Source: Eledone cirrhosa (Eukaryota). Taken from it: DNA of 64,000 nt. Every line of letters starts with the position of its first letter. Position 1 is the first letter of the stretch. A model generated the notes under the pieces. It was not told where the DNA came from and ran no database searches. It worked only from the letters and a program-made list of their open reading frames with translations. Positions 13,400 to 26,276 of the stretch are shown here, one piece after another. The position numbers and the translations under genes are program-made. Location of the stretch: NCBI GenBank assembly GCA_964016885.1, contig OZ024743.1, positions 262,012,001 through 262,076,000 of the forward strand. The letters run 5' to 3'.

Positions 13400-13672
13400 T
13401 GCTGATCATGCCTATCGGTGATATGACTCCACCTTTTCAACTGTTCACCTCATTTTTTCCAACAAAACCTGAATTCATGCTCATTTCTGTTACCACACCC
13501 TCATATTAACTTGTGAGTGTGACTATGCAGGAGTCTAGCTCAAACCCTACTTCACCAGATACGCTTAGCATGCTTGCATCTATCTCAGTTAGTTTTCCTT
13601 TCTTTATATCCCCAATGGCCTCTTTAACCATATAACTGTTAACCTCAATGGCTGGTCCCTGTGGTACTCTAG
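13400..13672 (-). pseudogene. Old RTE LINE RT fragment
   Basis: PQGPAIEVNSYMVKEAIGDIKKGK resembles EGPAIEIDEYRVQEAIREMKNGK of the intact RTE. Confidence 0.7.
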
Positions 13673-14497
13673 CATGGCTTCTGTCCACTGATTAAAACCA
13701 TGTAGAGGTGGTACTCCAACATGGTTACTGTTCACTGATTAAAACCATGTAGAGGTGGTACTCCAACATGGTTACTGTCCACTGATTAAAACCATGTAGA
13801 GGTGGTACTCCAACATGGCTACTGTCCACTGATTAAAACCATGTAGAGGTGGTACTCCAACATGGTTACTGTCCACTGATTAAAACCATGTAGAGGTGGT
13901 ACTCCAGCATGGTCACTTCCATTGGCTGAAACCATGTAGAGGTGGTACTGCAATATGGTTACTGTCCACTGATTAAAACCATGTAGAGGTGGTACTCCAA
14001 TATGGTTACTGTCCACTGATTAAAACCATGTAGAGGTGGTACTCCAACATGGCTACTGTCCACTGACTAAAACCATGTAGAGGTGGTACTCCAACATGGT
14101 CACTGTCCACTGACTGAAACCATGTAGAGGTGGTACTCCAGCATGGTCACTGTCCACTGACTAAAACCATGTAGAGATGGTACTCCAGCATGGTCACTGT
14201 CCACTGACTAAAACCATGTAGAGATGGTACTCTAACATGGCTACTGTCCACTGACTAAAACCATGTAGAGGTGGTACTCCAGCATGGTTACTGTCCACTG
14301 ACTAAAACCATGTAGAGGTGGTACTCCAGCATGGTCACTGTCCACAGACTAAAACCATGTAGAGATGGTACTCTAACATGGCTACTGTCCACTGACTAAA
14401 ACCATGTAGAGGTGGTACTCCAACATGGTTACTGTTCACTGACTGAAACCATGTAGAGGTGGTACTCCAGCATGGTCACTTCCATTGGCTGAAACCA
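13672..14497. repeat. 47-bp minisatellite, ~17 copies
   Basis: Unit CCATGTAGAGGTGGTACTCCAACATGGTTACTGTCCACTGATTAAAA; period 13698 to 13745. Confidence 0.95.
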
Positions 14498-14929
14498 GTA
14501 AAAAAAAAACAACATGTTCCATGTTCAAGTCCACTGCTTGGCACCTTGGACTACTGTATTTCAATTGGCAGAAGCAGTAGAGCATCTGACAAAAAGTCTT
14601 GCAATATTTATTCCAGTTCCTCGTTGTCTAAATTCCTGACGAGATCAATTTTGCCTTTTATGCTTCCCGTGTCAATAAATAAAGTACCAGCCAGAATGGT
14701 GGAATTATTAAAGTGTCAGATGTGATGTCTTATAGTATCTTGTAATGACCTTCTTAGGTGATAGACTTAAGTTGTCACATAATTTAAGACCACCACTTGG
14801 ACCTTGGCTACCTTTACCTTGCAACTCTGTTGCAAGCTATAGGATTTGAGGGTATCTACCTCCCTTTTTTCCACCAGTCCCAGGGGCCCTGAAAAATATC
14901 AGGTACACTACTCTGTCTCCTGACTAAAT

Positions 14930-14962
<33 letters not shown>

Positions 14963-15347
14963 ATATACATATATATATGTGTGTATATATATATATATAA
15001 ATCAAGAAAGAAGAGTGACATGGTTTGCTATACAATAAGGGCTTTATTCACATTGCTGACAATTGTTTCTCTGAACTGGTAGGTCTAGAGATCGCTTCTT
15101 TCTTGATTTATTATTACTCCAAGTGTAAACTACATAGAAATCACCGCGTACTCGCACCATCACTATGGAAACGTCTTGTTGAGTCAAACTTAGCCAAGCA
15201 TTAATACTATCCACTACTCGGAATACCCTAACTGGACTACATCTAACAATAATTTGTTATCCCGTATATATATATATATATATCATTATCATCATCATCA
15301 TCATCATCGTTTTGGAAGATGGACGTTAAACGATGATGATGATGATG

Positions 15348-15378
<31 letters not shown>

Positions 15379-16276
15379 TATATACACAGATATATATATA
15401 TATATATCCCTAGGTCAACCTAAGCCTTGTTTGTGAAATTTAGTAGTCTTCTGAAAGCCTACCAGAGAGAACTTTTATGCATTTCTGTAGTAGGATTAGA
15501 CTGTTTCTCAGTTTAACAATATTACCTAGCCATTGAATGTCTTTAGCAGAGTCCACGCTGCTGTAAGTATTCAGTTCAGGTTTGCAGTCTGACAACAGCA
15601 TTCTCTCTTCCTTCTACCAGTTACAGAGGTCTTTTAAAGGGTCAATGTTGTTATAATAGTTTGCTATTAAACTCTAAATAACTAGTACACCTCAACGATG
15701 TGACATCAGTTGGTGACAAATTTGACTAAAGGAGAATGTTACAATAGTTTACTAAATAACCTAGGTTATCATTTTTTATTTACTATTAATTACATTCTTA
15801 GAACCCATTTACAGTTGAAGTTCCTAAATGTAATTGCAAATTTTATTCTGATAATTTCTTCCCTCGCACGTCACACCTATAGAATTCTCTTCCAGCTATT
15901 TGTTTTCCTGACTACTACAATTTGCAAAAATTCAAAAACAACATAAATCATCATCTTCTCTATCCTTGAATTATGTTCTCTCTATCTTGTCCTACCTTCT
16001 CAGTAACCCCTTACATTGTAGTGGCTTTATTACCTTGCTTAGGGTAAGTAAATTAAAAACAAATCTCTATACCATTCTAAATATATCTTGTAGCTGTTGA
16101 ATAAAGGCTTTGTTGAAGATGCTTTTCATTTTTGATTAAAAGATGAATTAATTGAAAATAAAAGTAAAAGTATTTTATATTAAGCAACAACTCAATGTTT
16201 TCTTCATTCTATAAAATTTTGTTTTGAAATGTTATTTGAACTGATTGTAAATTTTGGGGGTTGTATTTCTGCACAG

Positions 16277-16404
16277 TTTTCATGGGTTGCTACAAAGAAG
16301 GATTTTATTGGGCATTACCAAATAATGTATGGGCAGGAAGAATGTCCATTAATGCTTGCCGAAGACATTGTAGAAAACACAAACAGGAATTTGCTGGATT
16401 AAAG
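16277..16404 (+). CDS. WSC gene exon (N-half of WSC domain 2)
   Basis: tttctgcacAG / GTAAGT, phase 1 to 0. Reads LFMGCYKEGFYWALPNNVWAGRMSINACRRHCRKHKQEFAGLK. Confidence 0.9.
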
Positions 16405-17518
16405 GTAAGTCATAACCACATTATTTTCTACTTGTCCATAAAAACTACTCCATAAAGGAAGCAGGGCTAGTTAGCTAGTATACTCAATACTGATGACAAT
16501 TAAGATAAGACATTTTAGAAGAGAGACCAATGTGTAAATTTGTGTTTCTGAGCAGTAGACATTCTTATAAAGTCTTTCTCCCTAGCTTTGTCACATATTA
16601 TGTCACACTGATTCAGCTTTGGAATTATGTGAAAGATAGAAGTGCATGTGGAATACTTACACATTAATTTAATGAGTATGGCATTCACCAGAGGATGGAA
16701 CCTTTAAATGTTCATCATCAAAATCAATGGAAGATTGCTCAATATCTATCAATTTAATTTCGAGATTGTCTCCCCTGCCTTTCTTCACCAGAATTAATTA
16801 TCAAGCTACTGATATTTTTGTCTCCTCACCAAGTGTGTGATTTGAATAAATCAAAATTGCATGTATCAAGTCACACCTTTGGCTTTGAGCAAATATCACA
16901 AGTCAAAAATGTATTTAATGTTTCTTGTTTTAAATAAATAGATTTGACAGTTGGGCTGTTTTGGGTGGCAGGATCAATCATATTAATTTTAGAAAAATAT
17001 ATCTCTGAAGTATATATATCCATAACACAAGAAGAAAAGTCTTATTGAGTCAAGACCTGTAAGCCAGTTTCAATTCTTGGTTGCAACCATTTTACTTTTT
17101 TTTTATGCCACTATTGTTTGTAAAAACACAAAAGACTTTTCTTCTTCTTTTAAGCCATTGAAAGAATTTCAAAATAGCTACTTGATTTGCAAGAATAGTA
17201 ACCAAATCACTCTCAAAGTGTTCTCTTCTCTCTTTAAAAGAGAAAATAAATACTTTGTAACTGAACCTCTAAACAGTTATTCAATTAACTAGAAATAGCA
17301 GTGAAATCTCCCTCAAATCACATCCAACCATCTTAAATAAAGAAGAATATAATTGGAGAATGTAGGCCCTGATATAAAAGCAAAATGGTAAGAATGGTCA
17401 TTGTTGGAATGTCTTTTAATTATATGTCTGCTCATTAGACATGACATGGGAAGTGGAAAGGGAGGAAGAAAGGGTGCTCAACATCACCACAATATTTACC
17501 TTTTATTTTGTCCTTTAG

Positions 17519-17657
17519 CGAGGTTATGTTTGTAGCTGTGGATCCAATTACGATAAATTTGGTATCATGCCCAGCCCGAAACCTTGTAATATAAAATGTA
17601 TTGGAAGTAAGGATGAATACTGTGGAAGTAAACATGCTGTAGCTGTCTATAAATCAG
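17519..17657 (+). CDS. WSC gene exon (C-half of WSC domain 2)
   Basis: ttttgtcctttAG / GTAAGG, phase 0 to 1. Reads RGYVCSCGSNYDKFGIMPSPKPCNIKCIGSKDEYCGSKHAVAVYKS. Confidence 0.9.
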
Positions 17658-17899
17658 GTAAGGCATATATATATATTTTTTCTTTCTTTTGCTTGCTTCA
17701 TTCACTGGACTTCTCTCAGGTTGTGACATCATTTTCAATAGTTTTAGTCAATCATATTGACACCAGTATCTATTTCAATATGGAACTTGTTTCAATGAAC
17801 TCTGTTTACTGGATATTAGAATTACATTTTTGACATAAAAGGATGTAACACAACATTAGTTTACACTTGTAAATATAAATAAAAACATATTAACTTATT

Positions 17900-18900
17900 T
17901 AGTATTTAGTTCCTCTCATACAGTCATCCTGTAAATCGGGCAGCATGAAGTCACAAATCACCCCAGTTGTGTTTTTGTCATTTACTTCTTCCCATGTTTG
18001 ATTAGACTGCAGCATTTCTTCTTTGAAAGTATCATGCTGTATCTTCTTTTTCCTTCTAGTGGCACCCACATCATTGCAGTTCTGGTTATTCACTGCTCTG
18101 GCATTTGGAATACATGTCCTGCAAAACAGGTTCTCCATTAATCATAGGGAAATCATTGACTAGCCCTTGAAATCACTGACTGCCTTGCTCCATAATACCT
18201 TCCTTCTGATATGGACTGTCTCGGGAGTTAGGGCATCAACAGGCTCAGAAATAAGCTCAATTACATCTGCAATTGTGAAGCCTTTGGATTTGCATCAAAC
18301 ATTAAGTGTAGCCTTCAAGCATTTCATGATGCCTTGATCAAGTGGTTGTAGCAATGATGTTATCTGTGGGCAGGGACATCATGTCCATCTCACATCAGGG
18401 GTTCAGGATGACTACAAGTGTTGTCAATGATAAGAAGAGTCTTCAATGACAGCCTTTTCTCAAGGTATTTTATCACCTCAAATATAAAGCAATGGTAGAA
18501 CCAATCAAAGAAAAAATGCTTACTTATTATGTTGCCAGAACACAGGCAGCATATTTTAACTTTTGTTCTTAAGGACAAATTAATTTTTGGTTCTGTACAC
18601 TAGACCTGGCTTGATCATGACTTGTTGCACTGCCAAAGTAAAAAAATCATACTAAGACTTAAATCCTAGGAGCATATTCTTCTAGAAAAGGCCCATTTTA
18701 TCACAGTTGAAGACTTGCTCTTGATTGTAGCCTTTTTTTATTATCTTTTTGAGGTGTTCTAGGAACTCTGATTCTTGATAGTGTATCTACTGAAGCTAAT
18801 TCTTCCCTAATCTTGAGGTTACACTTTATAAAGCTATCCCTTGTTAGCTTTAAAACCTCCTCTTATTGCTTTCTGTAATGTTCATATAGACTAACCACGT
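17900..18900 (-). pseudogene. Degenerate Tigger/pogo (DDE_1) transposase fossil in a WSC intron
   Basis: Minus-strand fragments GYNQEQVFNCDKMGLF*, FFDWFYHCFIFEVIKYLEKRLSLKTLLIIDNTCSHP and TSLLQPLDQGIMKCLKAT. Confidence 0.85.
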
Positions 18901-19944
18901 GGCTTTTTTGCAATATTTGTAACACAGCACAATTAACAAATGCTAGAAACATAAATATAACAAGGAACTCTTTTATGTAAGGGAGATAACTCAGGAAAAG
19001 ACTTGAAAGCAGAAGAGTTTTCCACCTTACATTGAGTGGTGTAGTTGTGCACTGAAGAGGACGTTAAGAGTTTCATGCATGTATGAACCCGAAACTCCTA
19101 GTAGAGCCAAAAAGCAAAGTTGACTTCCGCGGAATGAATACTGCAAAGTATTTTATCCAATGCTCTAACGACTCTGCCAATTTGCCGCCTTGAAGAGTTT
19201 CATAGATTATTTTTATTTTTATAAAAAGTTTCCATCCACATACGTTAAAAACTGACACTATCGAAAACCATATAAAACATGGGCCCACTGTGTCTGTGTG
19301 TATATATATGTGTGTGTGTGTGTGTGGCCGTGTGTATCTAGTTTAGAATGCACTGTATTTTTGTATGTCGTGAGAAGCAACTAAATGAATCGGTGTCAGG
19401 AAGGTCATCTGGCTGTAAAAGATTGCCTAAAAAATTTTTCAAACCCATGCCAACATGGAAAAGTGGATGTAAAAATGATGATGTTATATATGTGTGTGTG
19501 TATATATATATAGTTTCTCCGCCACTGAACATTTGGTCTTGTCTAACACCCCTGTGAGAACACAAGTGAAACTCCAATATTGATGTGATGGCTGTGTACT
19601 CCATCGAGTGTGTTAGTTTCACCTGTTGTTAGAAACCTCATTGTTAGCCAAAGATTTCAACGCTACTGTACCATACTTTTCAATATAGGTTGAACCTGGA
19701 TTTTAGACAGGTTGCTTTGGTCTTTTCATTTCTGTATATCTAATGATATTCACTCCCTGTGCTTCAATTAATTTTGAAAATAACCAAAAATTTATATGAA
19801 TTTAATAAAGTAACTAAGTTTTTCACTAGAAAGTTGATATTCAAAGAAATATTTCTGACATAAAATTATAATAAAAGGATTATCATTTTAAAATGAGCAG
19901 TTTTGTATCATAAATCCAGGGGGCTTTGATATTAAAAGAGTTAA

Positions 19945-20189
19945 CCCTTTCATAACCATATTTCTAATGAAAGACATTGCTTACAATTTTGAAAATAATC
20001 AAAAACTTTGATGCATTTAGTAATATAACTAACTTTCTCATTATATATCTGGTGTTTGAAGCAAAACTAAACAAGGGTTCTTATATAAAACTATGATGGA
20101 AGGGTTTTAGATAGATATAAATATTTAAAAATGAACAGTTTAGTATTGTAGAACTACAGGCAGTTTTGGGCAGCTTGGTATCAAAACGG
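19945..20189. mobile_element. TTAA-flanked piggyBac-like MITE; related copy directly upstream
   Basis: TTAA-CCCTTTCATAACC ... GGTATCAAAACGG-TTAA. Confidence 0.55.
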
Positions 20190-20265
20190 TTAAGTCTACC
20201 AATAATAAAAATAATTTTTGTCTAAATTTTCTTTCATTAATTAATTCTTTTAAAATCTATTTCAG

Positions 20266-20279
20266 GCCTAAATCAATAA
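20266..20279 (+). CDS. WSC gene probable terminal coding exon (GLNQ-stop)
   Basis: tctatttcAG acceptor after an AT/T-rich tract, in frame to TAA at 20277-20279, with AATAAA ~65 nt downstream. Confidence 0.6.
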
Positions 20280-20345
20280 CAGCATTCTGCTTCCTGACAT
20301 TCTCAATCAACTCAAATAACCTCTACCTCCAATGCATTAAATGTC

Positions 20346-20351
20346 AATAAA
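20346..20351 (+). terminator. Candidate polyadenylation signal of the WSC gene
   Basis: AATAAA after the proposed stop, followed by T/GT-rich sequence (~20377-20425). Confidence 0.5.
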
Positions 20352-22869
20352 TATTCTATTGAAGAAGTCAATTGATCTTTTTGTTAATATTTGCTTTTGT
20401 TATTGAATACATTTATTTCTTTTGACTGGGAACAACAACCTGTTCATTTTTTTTATCTCTTAAGCAGGAGAAAAAGTAGAAAATTGGCAGAGTTATTAGA
20501 ACATTGCATAGAATGCTTTGCAGTATTCGTTCCAATACTGGGTTTGATTCTTCCTCTATATCTCTTTCCTATTTCCTCTCTATCACCCTCTTTCTCCTTT
20601 TCTAGAAGAATTCAGCTGCATTCAGATCTGGAGAGGGGATGGGCTCCATGGGTTTAAAATGCCGAAGAAACGCTGTATGTTAATATGGTGTCCCTACAAC
20701 TCCTCCAGGAGTTACAGGTCCATACATACATAAAATCAATGGCAATGACCATGACTCTATTGAAAGGTCTGTGAGACTGTTGAAAGGAAGGGATTCTTAA
20801 ACTGTCTTGAAAGCCTGCAATAGAGTGGCATCCAAGACAAGGTGGTAGTGTTAATCTTTTTAATACCAAACTGCCTGAAACAGGTCTTGGTTTTATGCTA
20901 CAAATCTGTTTGTTTTAAAGTGTTTATATTATATCTATCTAAAGACCTTCCATCACTGTTTTATATACGAGCTTTTGTTATGTTCCAATAACTAGCTAGA
21001 TAATGAGAAAGTAATATTAGAAAATCCCTCTAAATTATTAAGCATTTTCAAAATTGTTTGAAAAGCACAGGCTTTATGATAATATGTTTTAAACTGGGAG
21101 ACCAATTACATCTACCACCCAAGTAGACCATGGCAGAATTTTAACTTGTAAACAGCTGGAACAAACACTGCAAGGCATCCTATCAGATGCTCTGCCAACT
21201 TCATCAGTTAACTACCCCAGTATTAGACTGGTATTTTATTTATTGACCTTGGAAAAATGAAGGCCCAAGTTAACCATAGTAGGATTTAAGCTGAGGACAC
21301 AAGGAACCAGAATGAATATTACAAGGGATTTTGTCCAACTCTAATATTTCTGCCAGGCGGCAAAGTGATAGAGTCATTAGAATATCAAATAAAATGCTTT
21401 GTGGTATTTGTTCAGGCTCTCTGCACTCTTAGTTCAAATCCTGCTATGGTCAACTTTGCCTTTCATTCTTTCAAGGTTGATGAAAAAAAAGTACCAGTCC
21501 AATACTGGGGTCATTTCTTCCTCTATATCTCTTTATCATTTCCGCTCTCTCTCTCTCCTTCTCTAGAAGAAATTGGCTGTGTTAAGACCTAGAGAGGGGA
21601 TGGGCCCTGCCAGGCTTTTAAAAAATGCAGAAGAAACACTGTATGACACTATGGCACACATCCGATTCCACTAGAAGCTATTTGTTCATACATACAAACA
21701 ATACTTCTGCCATATTTTAAGTTCTTTAGAAAGTCCATACTAATGCTTAAGCATTCCGAAAAACATTACTCCTAGATTTATATGTCAGCATAAATTAATA
21801 AAATTAGGTAAGAAATAGTTTTCAATTTTTTCTTCTAGATTTTCAACTTTAAAATGATTTTTTTTTTCAAAATTCCCATGTAAAGTGCAACAGAAGTTAT
21901 TATTACTATTTTTTGCTTCAAGGTAAAAAAGATTAAAAACCACTCTTCTATCTTAAAAATGGATTTATACATTGGATAATGAGGTTCCAGATACACTATT
22001 AGTTTTAAAAAAAGGACAGGATGGTCATAGCTTAGAATATCTTTGATGATAGGTCTGCTGAATCAGGGTTGAGCAGGGTCTAAATAACAATAGTTGATAC
22101 TAACATCTTAAAAAAAAGCTCTACATATTAGATAATGTAAGTCTATGTATAGTATTATTTTACTCTAAAACTAGTAAATGTTTCAGCTAGTGATATGTAG
22201 CCATGCTGGAACACTATGTATCAAACTATAATCAACAGGGTGGTTACAGCTAGAATGTTTTTTTCATCATAGATTTTTTTGGATCATGATTGACTTGGGG
22301 CTAAATAACAATGACAATATTACATTTTTGTCAAAAATTTATGAGAAAAAGAATCACATCTCAAGGATGTTATCTACATGAAAAAATCTAATTAGGAATA
22401 CTTACAACTGAGAAAAACTATCTGTATATATCCACCAATCTTATAAATCTACCCTCAGTTGTGTCAAAGATATGGCAACCATCTTAGTGTTGGTGCCATG
22501 ATAAAATATTTTCAGTACACTCTACAAAGTAGTTAGCATTAGGAAGGGCATGTTGCTCTAAAAACCATGCCAAAATGGAATATGAGCAAGACATGTCCAG
22601 ACTATGACAAGACCATGCCAATGAAAAATGGACATAAATCATGATGGTGATGATTTTTAATGCTCTTGATATGTTAACACTAACAACTTAAGGCATAACT
22701 ATAGTTTAGTGCTCTACACTGACATTGTTTCTTCATAACTTCTTTGATAATTGTTTCTACTTTTGGCACAAGGCCAGCAATTTGAAAGAAAGGGGAAATT
22801 CAACGAAATTTTAATATATATATATTTCTTTTTGTAATTAACAAATGTTGAAATGATATTGCATTCTTG

Positions 22870-23420
22870 AGAGAAACTGGGCATAAGAGGGATCAGATGC
22901 AGTGTGCAGGATAGGAGATTATGTTGGTGTGGGCATGTGATGCATATGAAGGATGACAGCTGATTAAAGAGGTGTAGAGCTCTCAAAGTTGATGGAAGCT
23001 ATGGTGTAGCTTGGGATGAGGTGATAAAAGCAGACCTTGCATAATTGCACCTCTCACAGGACTGAGATCTCTGGCATTATACAGTGGTACAGAAAACCTA
23101 CCTTCCCATGTGCACAGGTTGAAGCATACATCTAGTATACATTATCTTCCCTTCCATACCCTACCCACGTCCTAACATCCCACCCCTGACTCACGTCCCC
23201 AGCCCACTCTGTAAAGTGGCCGTGTAGATGTCACGACACAAAGCACCCAGTTCACACTGTAAATGTGATTGGCGTTAGGAAGGGCATCTTTAGAAACCAA
23301 GCCCAAATTAGTTCTGTATAAGCAAGACATGGTCATCTGACCTGGCTTGTCTCACAAATGGGGCAACCCGTCTAACCCATGCTAACGTGGGAAAATGGGC
23401 GTTAAACTGTGATGATTATG
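22870..23420 (+). mobile_element. Degenerate RTE 3' end with SINE-like 3' UTR
   Basis: GAGAAACTGGGCATAAGAGGGATCAGATGC RT tail, TTAGGAAGGGCATC core and GGGCGTTAAAC(TGA)n end. Confidence 0.7.
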
Positions 23421-25814
23421 AAGATTTTTGTAAAGCATCTGGCATTATCCTCAATTATTTATTATTCATGTCAAGTTTATGTTTAGTTTAGCCCACCACA
23501 AACACAAATGGAAAATATTGCAGTAACTGAAGAAAACAATCAAACGGAACTATATAATGATGTATTTAAAATAATAAATGTAGTCGTCCCAAATAATAAC
23601 AAAAGATGGCTAATCAATGTCCAAAGTCCCATTAACGTAATAGCTGACGAACTCTCCCGACATCTGAGAAATGCCGGGTTCGATTACTTGCAGGTGCCTC
23701 TGTCCACTTTTTTCCACCTCCAGGGCTACTTTACTCGATTTTCAAATAATATTTATACTGATCGACTATTACTAGTCATTTACATTTGGTTTGGCATTTC
23801 AAATTTTCCGAATGCCTCTTTAGTCAACTGCATGTACTGAAACATTTTAATTGATTTTTTAAAAATGTATTAACATAATGGTAATCTACATAATGGAAAA
23901 TGTATCGCAGCAAAATATTTTTAAAATTGTATTATTGAGAAAGTTAAGAAACTAAGTCTGTTTGAAGTGGGGCGTATACGGTGTAAACTTTGAACATGTC
24001 TCTAACACTAATTCCATTGACACAAGCGGTGATGTTTCGGGTTAAAAGACTGCAAAATCTGATCAGTTTTGTTTATTAGCCCCGAATCATGCGAAATATC
24101 GGTTTCTGTTCTAGATAAAGTGGATATTACAAGTTAAAACTCACCCGCACACAAACATCATATTTGAAAAAAAAAAAAAAAAAAAAAAATCGGGTATCAA
24201 TAACTATAGATGTCGTTTCAAAGTTATTTTTTATTCGGTCCGATTCAATAAAAAAAAATGGACAAAATTTATGCGATTTAAAATAGCATGTTGTGCGAAG
24301 TAGTTTGTAAATTATACCTACTGAGTGTTTTTTATTTCAATAGTTTCTTGGGTAGCTGCTATTTCTGGCATATAGGAGGGGATTGGCTGTTATTTCTTCA
24401 ATATTTGTAATTGGGTATTTATTTAGCTGCTATTTAAGTCATGCAGATTAACATCAATCTGTAAATGTTATCTTAAAGACTAAGAACATGCTATTTTAAA
24501 CAGCATGAACTTCGCCGATCAAATTAATTCAAAGAATTGTTGAAAAATTGGGCATAAGTTTTGCATATCTAGAGAGGGGGGTGGAAAAATGAAATAATTG
24601 AAATTTCGGAAAATTATTTTTCGCAAAATCGCCAAATACGATGTTTATATCATAATTTAGAGAAGGGATGTATAGTGAATCGGACAAAGAAAAAAGAATT
24701 CTGAAACGAGATCCATAAACTATGATTTAAAAAAAATAAAAATAAAAAAACTGAATGTTTAATATGAAACAAAATTTCTTTTCTTTGATTCTTTCGTGAA
24801 CGCACTGACAGAACAAAAATTTCTTTGGGGGGGGGGGGGGGGATGTTAAAATTCCGACTTAAAGCATTAAAATAAAATATATATGGAATCATGGAAATAA
24901 CGAAACTTTAAAAAATGTTCTAGCAGATTCTCAAAACTTGCTTGTTCATCCCGTAAGACATTCCTGCGTGTTCTAACTCTGTCTCTTTCGGTATATATAA
25001 AGTACATTTTTGTCTCTTGTTTGTAATTCCAATGATGAGATATTGACGAAATATCTATATATACACACAATACCCGAGACACCTCCTATAAGATACAACT
25101 TAGTAGTGGGACAGCTAAACCTAGGTAGGTGTGAGCTGTAACAACAAACAAATCTCGTCGATGTATTTGCGCTCAGTGTATTACTGGTACTGATTCTTTA
25201 ACACTGCCCATCCAGAATACAAGACGAATAGATGGAATGAAAAAAATAATAACAGGTTCCCACCAACACTAACAAAATCTTTAACATGGTATCGATATAG
25301 AGAAAGATGAAAGAACTGTTTTTGTTAGATATTCACATGATTAAACGGGAATGGGAGGTTGTCCCGTTTGTTTTTTTCCTGAGATTGAGACCGTAATACT
25401 GGTTCATTTGATAGTATAGCAATGATGGGACAGAAAGAAAAAAAACTTAAGTCACTTGAACACATCTTAGTTTGATTACACAATCGATGACGAAATCTTT
25501 GCATCGACTTTGTGTCCCAACAAATTTTTTAAACAGAACTCAGGCTTTGTATGATTTTAAAAAAAATAAAGAATGAGTTTTTTTTTTCTTTCTTTCTGTT
25601 GCGAATTTTGAAAAAGATATTGCGAAGGAAAGAAAGAAGCTGTAAAAAAATCAACACGTTTCTGTCCACACGTGTATATATACCTTTTGTGTATGGAATA
25701 CCCAAGTCTTTGATGAAGACAGGAGGAAAGGAAATAAAATAAAAATTACAATAAAGAGTGTGTTAAAGTGTGAGAGATGAAGGAGATTGGTGGGAAAGAA
25801 GCAGAAAAGAAAGA

Positions 25815-26276
25815 TTACATATTTAATTTGGGCCCACCACCTTGGTAGTTGCCGGACATCGCAGCACCGCTAAAATCGAAACCAGGATTCTCATACTGGA
25901 ACCGCTGCAAAGTTAATTTTTTCTGCATCTGATCGAAAGTATAAGGATCAGTTGTGTATTGTCCTTCTAGCAACGACTTCCAGCACCTGTCGGCACCGCA
26001 AAATGATTTCAGCAAACACATGTCGACTTTGCACTTGTTTTCTATAGTCCATATGCAGTCGTCGGCGCGGACTAAATCTGCCAACGTTCCATCTATTACT
26101 GTTTCTCCGTTTACAACCACTTTTAAGTATCGTGGTTGAATAGTGCACTTGATATCCCGACCTGATGTACCAGGTTTCACGTTGACCACTATAAACACTT
26201 CGTCTACCGTCTGCCACCAAAAACCCCACGGTGTTTTCATGGGCACGATACCACTTTTCTCTTCGAAAAACGCCAT
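25815..26276 (-). CDS. NUDCD2: NudC domain-containing protein 2 (CS/p23-like co-chaperone), single coding exon, 153 aa
   Basis: MAFFEEKSGIVPMKTPWGFWWQTVDEVFI...DQMQKKLTLQRFQYENPGFDFSGAAMSGNYQGGGP closely matches human NUDCD2 as recalled (FEERSGVV..TPWG.W.QT..EVFI; QRKLTLERFQKENPGFDFSGA). The ATG at 26276 is preferred over the upstream GTG. Confidence 0.95.
   Translation of the reverse strand: MAFFEEKSGIVPMKTPWGFWWQTVDEVFIVVNVKPGTSGRDIKCTIQPRYLKVVVNGETVIDGTLADLVRADDCIWTIENKCKVDMCLLKSFCGADRCWKSLLEGQYTTDPYTFDQMQKKLTLQRFQYENPGFDFSGAAMSGNYQGGGPKLNM

Noticed and set aside
13672-14497. CRISPR-like array of hairpin repeats
   Set aside because: No unique spacers, no cas genes, and a eukaryotic context; it is a plain tandem repeat. 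The same applies to 49474-49870 and 58095-58567.
23508-23840. 110-aa + strand ORF
   Set aside because: No recognisable domain or splice context; it could be unique non-coding sequence. An orphan exon cannot be excluded without RNA data.
24167-24189. A-tract as the poly(A) remnant of an NUDCD2 retrocopy
   Set aside because: Wrong strand: a minus-strand retrocopy would show poly(T) on the + strand.
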